From positions 1 to 11,676 of the forward strand of contig JBHIBG010000087.1 in NCBI GenBank assembly GCA_046758965.1: a DNA stretch of 11,676 nt, read 5' to 3'. The position numbers and the translations under genes are program-made. A model generated the notes under the pieces. The model had not been told where the DNA came from. It did no database searches and saw only the letters and a list, made by a program, of their open reading frames with translations. Below are positions 1-7,204 of the stretch, in pieces. How positions within the stretch are numbered: the stretch's first letter is position 1; each line of letters begins with the position of its first letter. Source of the stretch: Candidatus Methylomirabilia bacterium. GTDB lineage: Bacteria; Methylomirabilota; Methylomirabilia; Rokubacteriales; CSP1-6.

Positions 1-2
1 CC

Positions 3-1187
3 TTCGTGTTCAACATCAACCGCTGCATCGCCTGCCAGAGCTGCACCATGGCCTGCAAATCCACCTGGACCTTCAGCAAGGGCCAGGAGCAGATGTGGTG
101 GGCGAATGTCGAGACCAAGCCCTACGGCGGGTACCCGATGTTCTGGGACATCAAGATCCTCGAGTTGCTGGAGCAGGCCAACCCCGGCGGGCAGCGGTGG
201 ACGGGCGCGCCCTCGCCCAGCCCAGGTGGTCCGTACGGCCGATTTGCCGGGAAGACCATCTTCGAGGCGGAGCGGATGCTGACCCCCGAGAGCTCGCGGG
301 TCCTCGGCTACCTCCCGGCCGATGACGAGTGGAACTCGCCCAACATTTACGAGGACAACCCCGTCGGGCCGAAGGGCAAGCCGTTCGAGTGGCACAAGAC
401 CGGCGAACGGCTCCCGGAGCACAACACCTGGTTCTTCTACCTGGCCAGGATCTGTAACCACTGCACCTATCCGGCGTGCCTGGCGGCCTGCCCGCGCACG
501 GCCATTTACAAGCGCCCCGAGGATGGCATCGTGCTCGTGGACCAGAAGGAGTGCCGGGGATACCGGAAGTGCGTGGAGGCGTGTCCGTATAAGAAGGTGA
601 TGTACCGGGGGAACACCCGGATCGCGGAGAAGTGCATCGCCTGCTATCCGCGCATTGAGGGGAAAGACCCGGAAAGTGGGGGGCGCCCAATGGAGACCCG
701 CTGCATGGCGGCCTGCATCGGCCAGATCCGCCTGCAGGGCCTGGTGAAGCTGAACCGCGACGGGACCTGGGCGGAGGACCGCGACAACCCGATCTACTAC
801 TTGGTCCACGTGGCCAAGGTAGCTCTGCCGCTGTACCCCGAGCTCGGGACCTCCCCGAATGGGTTCTACATTCCCCCGCGCTGGGTTCCCCGCCCGTACC
901 TGCGGCAGATGTTCGGGCCCGGCGTGGACCAGGCGATCGAACGCTCCGAAAACCCGGACCGGGAGCTCCTCGCCGTGCTCCAGCTTTTCCGTCGCTCCAG
1001 CCTGATCGTCTCCCGGTACAAGGTCGAGGAGGGGCCGAAGGTCTACGAAGGGACCCTACGCGGTCGCCGCGTCACGGTCTACGACGACACGGTGATCGCC
1101 TACGGGGAGGACGGCAGAGAGATCTTTCGGACCACGGTCGAAGAGCCAATCCATATCCGACCGAGCAAACATGCCAACTCCATTTGA
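3..1187 (+). CDS. nxrB: Nitrite oxidoreductase/nitrate reductase beta (Fe-S) subunit, Nitrospira/anammox NXR type (DMSO reductase family type II); 5'-truncated by the window edge
   Basis: Frame is open from base 3 (FVFNINRCIACQSCTMACKSTWTFSKGQEQMWWANVETKPYGGYP). Four Fe-S Cys groups: CIACQSCTMAC, CNHCTYPACLAAC, CRGYRKCVEAC (Tyr for Cys, the 3Fe-4S site) and CIAC...CMAAC. ALPLYPELGT, RQMFGPGVD and the C-terminal EEPIHIRPSKHANSI match my recollection of Nitrospira/anammox NxrB. Confidence 0.88.
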   Translation, partial: FVFNINRCIACQSCTMACKSTWTFSKGQEQMWWANVETKPYGGYPMFWDIKILELLEQANPGGQRWTGAPSPSPGGPYGRFAGKTIFEAERMLTPESSRVLGYLPADDEWNSPNIYEDNPVGPKGKPFEWHKTGERLPEHNTWFFYLARICNHCTYPACLAACPRTAIYKRPEDGIVLVDQKECRGYRKCVEACPYKKVMYRGNTRIAEKCIACYPRIEGKDPESGGRPMETRCMAACIGQIRLQGLVKLNRDGTWAEDRDNPIYYLVHVAKVALPLYPELGTSPNGFYIPPRWVPRPYLRQMFGPGVDQAIERSENPDRELLAVLQLFRRSSLIVSRYKVEEGPKVYEGTLRGRRVTVYDDTVIAYGEDGREIFRTTVEEPIHIRPSKHANSI

Positions 1188-2019
1188 TTCTCCTCGGAGG
1201 GGGGCTAACGCCCCCCTTCCGACTCCTCCCCCCGAGGTTGCGCCGGCAAAGCCGGCGCCCGAACCCGCGGACCTGGCGCTCTGCCGGAGCGCGCTGTATG
1301 AGGCGCTGGCGCTGGGCTTCCGCCCGCCCGCCCCGGAGACCGTCACTCGCCTCGCCTCCCGTGAAGGGGCCGGAGCCCTGGCAGACGCATCGGCGGTTCT
1401 GGACGAGGCGTGGGGAATCGAGCTCTCCTCCCATGTGCGTCGCCTCGGCGGATTCTGTGACCTCGAAGCTCTGGCGGCCTCGTTCCAGCGTCTCTTCGGC
1501 CACACCGCCCGCGGCCTCGTGCCGCCGTACGAGACCGAGTACGGAGACGACTCTCTCTTCCAGCCGATGCACGAGATGAGCGATCTTGCCGCATTCTACC
1601 GCGCCTTCGGCCTCACTCTCGCGCCGATGGCCCACGAGCGGTTGGACCACGTCAGCTGCGAGTGCGAATTCCTGATGTGCCTGACCCGCAAGCAGGCCTA
1701 CGCCTTGGAGCAGGATGATCTGGTGATGCTGGACGACACTCGCCGGGCCGTCCGCCTCTTTCTGAGCGACCACCTGGGACGATGGGCGCCGGGCTTTGGC
1801 CGAACGCTCGCGCGGGAGGACCCCCGAGGGTTCTTTGGGGCCCTGGGATCGCTATGCGTCGAGTTCATCAGTCACGAATGCGCTGAGGTGGGGGTAACGG
1901 CCGTACCCGAGTTCGTCCGCCTTCGCTCGGCCGCGCCAGCGGATCTCCCGATGGCTTGCGGTCCGGCGACGGAGCTCCTTCAGATTACTCTCCCTTCAAG
2001 CCGCCGCGACGCTCGGTAA
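1171..2019 (+). CDS. TorD/DmsD-family molybdoenzyme maturation chaperone
   Basis: VPPYETEY and ERLDHVSCECEFL (E..DH...E.EF) motifs, plus FLSDHLGRW. Overlaps the nxrB stop by 17 nt. The Pro-rich N-terminus makes the start somewhat uncertain. Confidence 0.85.
   Translation: MPTPFDSPRRGANAPLPTPPPEVAPAKPAPEPADLALCRSALYEALALGFRPPAPETVTRLASREGAGALADASAVLDEAWGIELSSHVRRLGGFCDLEALAASFQRLFGHTARGLVPPYETEYGDDSLFQPMHEMSDLAAFYRAFGLTLAPMAHERLDHVSCECEFLMCLTRKQAYALEQDDLVMLDDTRRAVRLFLSDHLGRWAPGFGRTLAREDPRGFFGALGSLCVEFISHECAEVGVTAVPEFVRLRSAAPADLPMACGPATELLQITLPSSRRDAR
1194..1222. repeat. Palindromic (REP-like) hairpin in the 5' end of the chaperone CDS
   Basis: TCGGAGGGGGGC-TAAC-GCCCCCCTTCCGA: 12-bp stem with one bulged T, starting 7 nt after the nxrB stop. 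Confidence 0.6.
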
Positions 2020-2957
2020 TGGGCGGGGGCCGGACCGAGTGGGTGGTCGAGTACGAGCCTAGGCTCGTGGAGGAGACCGTCCTTCTCGCGCTCCGCGGCT
2101 CTTCCGAAGAGGCGGAGTTCCGCAAGCACCGCGATCGTCTCTACGAGGTTTCCGACTTGGAGGAGCGGGAGGACGGGTTCCGTGCTCTCCATGCCTCCTG
2201 GTTCGAGCAGCTCGGTCTGGGCGAGGAGGTCGCAAGGGCGTTTACCGAGCAGCCCTCCATTGCCGCCAACACGGACCGGAGCGTGGTGCTCTCTGCCCAG
2301 TCTCGCCGGGACGAAGGGGCGGAGCTGTTCGTGTCTGCACAGAACAGGGCAAGCGGGGCGGCGGGGCGGACAGTGGTCCTCCGAGTCAGACCGGCGACGC
2401 TCACGGCCCCGCAGCAGTTGCGCGTACTCCTCCGGCACGAACTGCTCCACATCGCCGACATGCTTGATCCCCGTTTCGGCTACGAGCCGCGACTTCCCGT
2501 CTCCGGAGTCGGGCCTGCCCATGACCTGTTGCTGCGGGACCGCTACCGTGTCCTCTGGGACGCCTTCATCGACGGGAGGTTGGTCCGGTTCGGCCGAGTC
2601 GGGGGCCGTGTTCGAGCCGACCGCCTGACCGAATTCGCCCGTTTCTTCCCGATGCTGGGGGCGCGGACGGAGGAGGCCTTCGACCGGTTCTTCCGGGGAT
2701 CGGATCTCACGCATGCCGAGCTGGTGGCCTTCGCCATCGATCCCGAGCGGGCGCTCGGCTGGGAGTCCCGGGGCCCCCGCGCCGGTGGCCGCTGCCCGCT
2801 CTGCGGATTTCCCACCCACGCCTTCGAGCCGGAGCCCGACCAGCTTCCACGCCAGGTGCGGGACGTGATTCGCGAGCGGGTTCCGGGCTGGGAGTCCGCC
2901 GACGGGCTCTGCCAGCAGTGCGCAGACCTCTTCCGCTCGTGCACGAAAACCTGGTGA
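2019..2957 (+). CDS. Uncharacterised protein (312 aa) with HExxH motif and C-terminal CxxC...CxxC; putative Zn metallopeptidase
   Basis: ATG at 2019 overlaps the upstream stop (TAATG), so it is preferred over the track's TTG at 1956. LRHELLHIAD at 2436-2450; CPLC at 2793 and CQQC at 2910. Confidence 0.75.
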   Translation: MGGGRTEWVVEYEPRLVEETVLLALRGSSEEAEFRKHRDRLYEVSDLEEREDGFRALHASWFEQLGLGEEVARAFTEQPSIAANTDRSVVLSAQSRRDEGAELFVSAQNRASGAAGRTVVLRVRPATLTAPQQLRVLLRHELLHIADMLDPRFGYEPRLPVSGVGPAHDLLLRDRYRVLWDAFIDGRLVRFGRVGGRVRADRLTEFARFFPMLGARTEEAFDRFFRGSDLTHAELVAFAIDPERALGWESRGPRAGGRCPLCGFPTHAFEPEPDQLPRQVRDVIRERVPGWESADGLCQQCADLFRSCTKTW

Positions 2958-2985
2958 CAGGACCCTCCTGGTACGACGCCGGCGT

Positions 2986-3267
2986 TTAGGTGGTCGCTCC
3001 CGCGTAGACCTTCAGGCATCGGCGTCCGCAGCCGCTCCACTCGGGCCAAAGCGAGCAGGTCACGATCTTCGGGCGGGGTGCTCCGAAGAACTGGGTGAGG
3101 GCCACTCGGCCCGCTGCAACTTCGACCTGAGCCTGTGTCTCTGTTTCCGGGCACAGGACGCGACGCGCGCCCCGGTACTCGCGGAAGGTGAGGACGAAGG
3201 CAGGGACAAAAAGGTACACGATGCTCAGCGCAACGAGCGAGGCGATCAATACAAACGGGTGCTCCAT
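2986..3267 (-). CDS. Small membrane-anchored protein (93 aa) with 4 Cys (CPET...CSLWPE..C...C)
   Basis: ATG at 3267 is preceded by a GGGGGAG SD. N-terminal hydrophobic helix (FVLIASLVALSIVYLFVPAFVL) followed by a Cys-patterned soluble domain. Confidence 0.7.
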   Translation of the reverse strand: MEHPFVLIASLVALSIVYLFVPAFVLTFREYRGARRVLCPETETQAQVEVAAGRVALTQFFGAPRPKIVTCSLWPEWSGCGRRCLKVYAGATT

Positions 3268-3354
3268 ACCGACTCCCCCTTCCGTCTCTCTCTGAGCCCT
3301 CAATCCTGCCACCCGGATTGTACGGGCGCTCGCCTCTATCGAAGAAGTTACGAA

Positions 3355-3375
3355 TGCCTCATTTCTTGTGAGGCA
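3355..3375. promoter_or_regulatory. Candidate operator, perfect inverted repeat TGCCTCA-N7-TGAGGCA
   Basis: Perfect 7-bp dyad in the divergent intergenic region. A minus-strand -10-like TACAAT lies at 3322-3317. Confidence 0.4.
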
Positions 3376-3403
3376 GGCGCACTACTTTCGCTAGTGCCTT
3401 GCG

Positions 3404-3432
3404 TTGACAGAGGCCCCGGCCCCTTCTATCCT
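3404..3432 (+). promoter_or_regulatory. Sigma70-type promoter for the PaaI gene
   Basis: TTGACA (3404-3409), 17-nt spacer, TATCCT (3427-3432); ATG at 3442. Confidence 0.65.
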
Positions 3433-3441
3433 GGCGAAGTC

Positions 3442-3843
3442 ATGTCACCGGAGCGATCAGATCCGGGCGCGGGACCGTTGGCCACGCTGCTCGGGATTCA
3501 CCGGGGTGCGGTCGGGGATGGACAGTGCAGCTTCGAGCTCACTGTGAGGGCTGACCACATGAACCCGCACGGGGTGGTTCACGGAGGCGTGGTGTACTCC
3601 CTGGTAGACTATGCCATGGGCGGGGCGTTGACCTCTCGGTTGGACCCCGGGGAGCGATGCGCGACGCTGGAGGTCAAGATCAACTACCTGGCCCCGATCT
3701 CGGGAGGGACGCTGAGGGCCGAGGCAAGAGTCGTCGAACGGACCAAGCGGATCGGCGTTCTGGAGGCGCGCGTCCACACCGACGGCGGCCGACTCGTGGC
3801 CCTCGCGACCGGCTCCTTCTACATCCAGAGCGCCTCACCGTGA
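3442..3843 (+). CDS. PaaI-family hotdog-fold acyl-CoA thioesterase (133 aa)
   Basis: HMNPHGVVHGGVVYSLVDYAMG and TLEVKINYLAP motifs. Start moved from 3259 to the ATG at 3442, downstream of the promoter. Confidence 0.9.
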   Translation: MSPERSDPGAGPLATLLGIHRGAVGDGQCSFELTVRADHMNPHGVVHGGVVYSLVDYAMGGALTSRLDPGERCATLEVKINYLAPISGGTLRAEARVVERTKRIGVLEARVHTDGGRLVALATGSFYIQSASP

Positions 3844-3852
3844 AATGTCTCG

Positions 3853-4287
3853 TCAACCCGAGAGGGCAAGCCCCAGAAGGACGATGGTCAGGACGACGAG
3901 CACGTTGACTCGCGCGAGCACGCTCACCAGTCTCCGGGACCCGTCAGCCTTGGGAGGGAGACGGGTGACCCGGGGGCCAAGTATGAAGTCGTGCACCACG
4001 CTCAGAATCAGCGCGACGAGCACCAGGGCGAGCTTGGCATGGAGGAGGCGGAAGCGGAGGAGCCAGGGCCGCGACGACAGGCTTGCGACCCCGGTAACCA
4101 GCAGCAGCCCCAGGGCCACCCAGCCAACCGTGCGAAAGCGTCTCCCCGCCTGCCCGATGAGATGGGAACGCAGGGCGGGGTCCTGGATCCCGCGGGCGAC
4201 GGGGACCAGAACAAGGGCGATGAAGAGCATCCCCCCCAGCCACACAACGGCGGCCAGCACATGGACCCACCGGACGAAGAGATCCAC
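3853..4287 (-). CDS. CopD-like/DUF4149-like 4-TM membrane protein (144 aa)
   Basis: GTG at 4287 with GGAGG upstream. WVHVLAAVVWLGGMLF and HAKLALV...HDFILGP motifs; four hydrophobic segments. Confidence 0.7.
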   Translation of the reverse strand: MDLFVRWVHVLAAVVWLGGMLFIALVLVPVARGIQDPALRSHLIGQAGRRFRTVGWVALGLLLVTGVASLSSRPWLLRFRLLHAKLALVLVALILSVVHDFILGPRVTRLPPKADGSRRLVSVLARVNVLVVLTIVLLGLALSG

Positions 4288-4370
4288 AGTCCACGTATCC
4301 TCCGGACACTGTACCGCATCCCGCACCACCTCCGGATCTTCGGCTGGCGGGCCGGGGCCCGAAAAAAGGC

Positions 4371-4400
4371 TTGACAGGGCTTTCGGGAGTCCCGTAAAGT
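4371..4400 (+). promoter_or_regulatory. Sigma70-type promoter of the DAHP synthase leader
   Basis: TTGACA (4371-4376), 18-nt spacer, TAAAGT (4395-4400), with an A-tract upstream. Confidence 0.7.
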
Positions 4401-4432
4401 GGCGGTTACTTTCACGAAGGAGGTTCTTGTCG

Positions 4433-4522
4433 GTGGGAGACACGGGAAGCAGGATCGCTAAGGGCTGGCGGTTCTACTTTTTCTATTTTCCCCGCGTCTG
4501 CCCGCCGGCTCTGAAGCGGTAG
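4433..4522 (+). CDS. Aromatic-amino-acid attenuator leader peptide MGDTGSRIAKGWRFYFFYFPRVCPPALKR (29 aa)
   Basis: SD AAGGAGG at 4417-4423, GTG 9 nt later. TGG CGG TTC TAC TTT TTC TAT TTT at 4466-4489; TAG at 4520-4522. Lies directly upstream of DAHP synthase. Confidence 0.82.
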   Translation: MGDTGSRIAKGWRFYFFYFPRVCPPALKR

Positions 4523-4616
4523 GGACCGGAAAGAGCCACGGGCAGACGGATCGGCGGCCCGTGGCGCGCGAGAGAGTGAGACGGCCGCGGGCCCAAGGGT
4601 CCGCGGTCGTTTTTTT
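4495..4616 (+). promoter_or_regulatory. Transcription attenuator with mutually exclusive hairpins
   Basis: 4495-4504/4539-4548 perfect 10 bp (plus 4507-4512/4532-4537); 4535-4543/4557-4565 perfect 9 bp; 4556-4565/4584-4593 10 bp with one G-U; terminator 4581-4593/4598-4610. Confidence 0.78.
4581..4616 (+). terminator. Intrinsic terminator of the attenuator
   Basis: ACGGCCGCGGGCC-CAAG-GGTCCGCGGTCGT: 13-bp stem (two G-U pairs) with a T7 tract at 4610-4616, about 70 nt before the DAHP synthase start. Confidence 0.85.
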
Positions 4617-4687
4617 GTTGTGAGGCCCGGCTGCCCGACTCCGCTGAGGGATCGGACAACGTCAGGAGAGGAGAAGAGGAGTCGACC

Positions 4688-5704
<1,017 letters not shown>

Positions 5705-5743
5705 CGGAAACGCACGAATATCTCTTGCGCAGACTGACCTGTC

Positions 5744-5790
5744 CCCCCTCTCCCCCTCAAAGGGGGAGAGAATCAAAGGTGAGGGGAGGG
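5744..5790. repeat. REP-like intergenic palindrome (CCCTCTCCC...GGGAGAG...GGTGAGGG type)
   Basis: CTCTCCCCCT-CAA-AGGGGGAGAG perfect 10-bp hairpin (5748-5770) followed by GGTGAGGGG, with no U-tract. Confidence 0.55.
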
Positions 5791-5834
5791 CGGTCGTCGT
5801 CGCAGTTCCCGGCGGGTCGTGACATAATGACGCC

Positions 5835-6935
5835 ATGTGGCTGAGTCCGCCACGTCCTGGCTCAGGGCGACTGCTCGTCGGCGTTGCCTGCTCGATCCTG
5901 CTCCACGTTGCGCTCGTCGCGGTGGTGCTCTGGGCAACATCCCGGCTCCCGTCGGCGGTCAGAGTAGGGGAGCCCCTCTTCATCGAGTTCCCGCCAGAGA
6001 GATCCGTCGAGGCGGCCCCGCCCGGGAATCCGGCCCTGCCTCCGGGCCCTCTGCTCGCCGCCAAGCCTGCGCTGCCTCGGCCGAAGGCCGAACCGCCTGC
6101 GCCCCGGCCTGCCCCCAAGGCAAAGCCGCCCGCTTTGAAGCCGCCATCCCAGCTGGAGGCGCCGCGCCGAGCTCTGCTCGAGCCGCCGGCCCCCAAGGCA
6201 AAACCCGCCGCTCCGAAGCCACCGCCGGCCCCGAAAACCTCGGGACCACCGGCCCCGAAATCTCCCAAACCGCCCGCGGTGGCAAAGGCTCCACCATCTC
6301 CGGAGCCTGTAGCCGTGGAGCCGAGCCCTCCCCCCCAGCCGCCTGCTCCGGTCCCCTCGGTCGAGCGTCCGCCTGAGCCCTCGCCGCTCCCCCCCGAGGT
6401 GGTGGCCAAGCCCGCCCCCGAGCCGCCGGCGCCCGAACTGGAGGAAGCCCCTGAGCCGGAGGATTCGAGGATCGCCCTCAACCGACCCGAGCGCGACTTC
6501 CCTCCGAGTCGTCCCCCTTCGCCCGGATCGATCGGACCTGGCGGAGGTGGGGGGCTGTTCCAGCGGGGCCGCGGCGGCTTCGAAGGCGAGCCGATCCCCC
6601 TGGACACACCGGATCCTCGATACAGGGAGTATTTCGAGAGGGTGCGCCGGCGGATCAAGGCCAAGTGGATCTACCCGAGGGAAGTCGGTGATCGGGGAAT
6701 CGGGGGCCAGCTCGTGATCGAGTTTGTGATCGCGAAAACCGGCGATCTCACCTTCGTCGAGCTCCGGCGGTCCTCGGGTGTCGAACTGCTCGACCTTTAC
6801 GCCCTCAACGCGGTGAGACTTGCCCAACCCTTCCCGCCGATCCCGGATTCGGTCTCAAGGGGCGTGGTCGGGATCATGGGGATCTTTACCTACCGGATCG
6901 TCGATGCCCGCCTCCTGAAGGAGTTCTTCCGCTAA
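5835..6935 (+). CDS. TonB-family energy transducer
   Basis: N-terminal TM helix with SxxxH (SILLH), long Pro/Lys-rich linker, and C-terminal TonB domain (WIYPRE...GQLVIEFVIAKTG...SSG...LD..ALNAVRLAQPFPPIP). Confidence 0.88.
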   Translation: MWLSPPRPGSGRLLVGVACSILLHVALVAVVLWATSRLPSAVRVGEPLFIEFPPERSVEAAPPGNPALPPGPLLAAKPALPRPKAEPPAPRPAPKAKPPALKPPSQLEAPRRALLEPPAPKAKPAAPKPPPAPKTSGPPAPKSPKPPAVAKAPPSPEPVAVEPSPPPQPPAPVPSVERPPEPSPLPPEVVAKPAPEPPAPELEEAPEPEDSRIALNRPERDFPPSRPPSPGSIGPGGGGGLFQRGRGGFEGEPIPLDTPDPRYREYFERVRRRIKAKWIYPREVGDRGIGGQLVIEFVIAKTGDLTFVELRRSSGVELLDLYALNAVRLAQPFPPIPDSVSRGVVGIMGIFTYRIVDARLLKEFFR

Positions 6936-6953
6936 GCGTGGCGGGGTTTCTGC

Positions 6954-6983
6954 TTGACAGTCTCCGAAGACGACTGGTAGTAT
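6954..6983 (+). promoter_or_regulatory. Sigma70-type promoter of tRNA-Val
   Basis: TTGACA (6954-6959), 18-nt spacer, extended -10 TGG-TAGTAT (hexamer at 6978-6983). Confidence 0.7.
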
Positions 6984-7005
6984 TGGTCTCGTTTTTCGAG
7001 GGGAT

Positions 7006-7080
7006 AGGCTCGTAGCTCAGTGGGAGAGCGCCTGTCTGACGCACAGGAGGTCGGCGGTTCGAAACCGCCCGAGCCTACCA
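7006..7080 (+). tRNA. tRNA-Val(GAC)
   Basis: Acceptor stem AGGCTCG/CGAGCCT, D-arm GCTC/GAGC, anticodon stem CCTGT/ACAGG with loop CT-GAC-GC, T-loop TTCGAAA, discriminator A and encoded CCA. Confidence 0.97.
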
Positions 7081-7145
7081 CGAGTCTTTGCCTTCAGGGA
7101 GGCTGCCCATCGACGAGCGACGCCGCGTGAGCTGATGCAGGCGAG

Positions 7146-7183
7146 AAGCATCACGAGGGCCAGCCCTGAGTGATGCTTTTTTT
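7146..7183 (+). terminator. Intrinsic terminator between tRNA-Val and thrS
   Basis: AAGCATCAC/GTGATGCTT outer stem, AGGG/CCCT inner stem, T7 tract at 7177-7183. Confidence 0.75.
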
Positions 7184-7204
7184 ATCTATGCTCCGGATTC
7201 GGCC

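Noticed and set aside
3295..3400. Sigma54 promoter or FNR/CRP box in the divergent region
   Set aside because: No convincing TGGCAC-N5-TTGC match at the candidates checked, and no TTGAT-N4-ATCAA or TGTGA-N6-TCACA.
3845..4522. 225-aa plus-strand ORF
   Set aside because: Antisense shadow of the CopD-like gene. Only its last 29 codons, which have their own promoter and SD, are credible as the leader peptide.
6060..6460. Quasi-repeats such as GCCCCCAAGGCAAA within tonB
   Set aside because: They encode the Pro/Lys linker (PAPKAKP) and have no regular spacer structure, so this is not a CRISPR or DNA-level array.
7081..7204. T-box riboswitch or Thr leader peptide before thrS
   Set aside because: No GGTGGNACCGCG T-box motif, too short for stem I, and no Thr-codon run in any frame.
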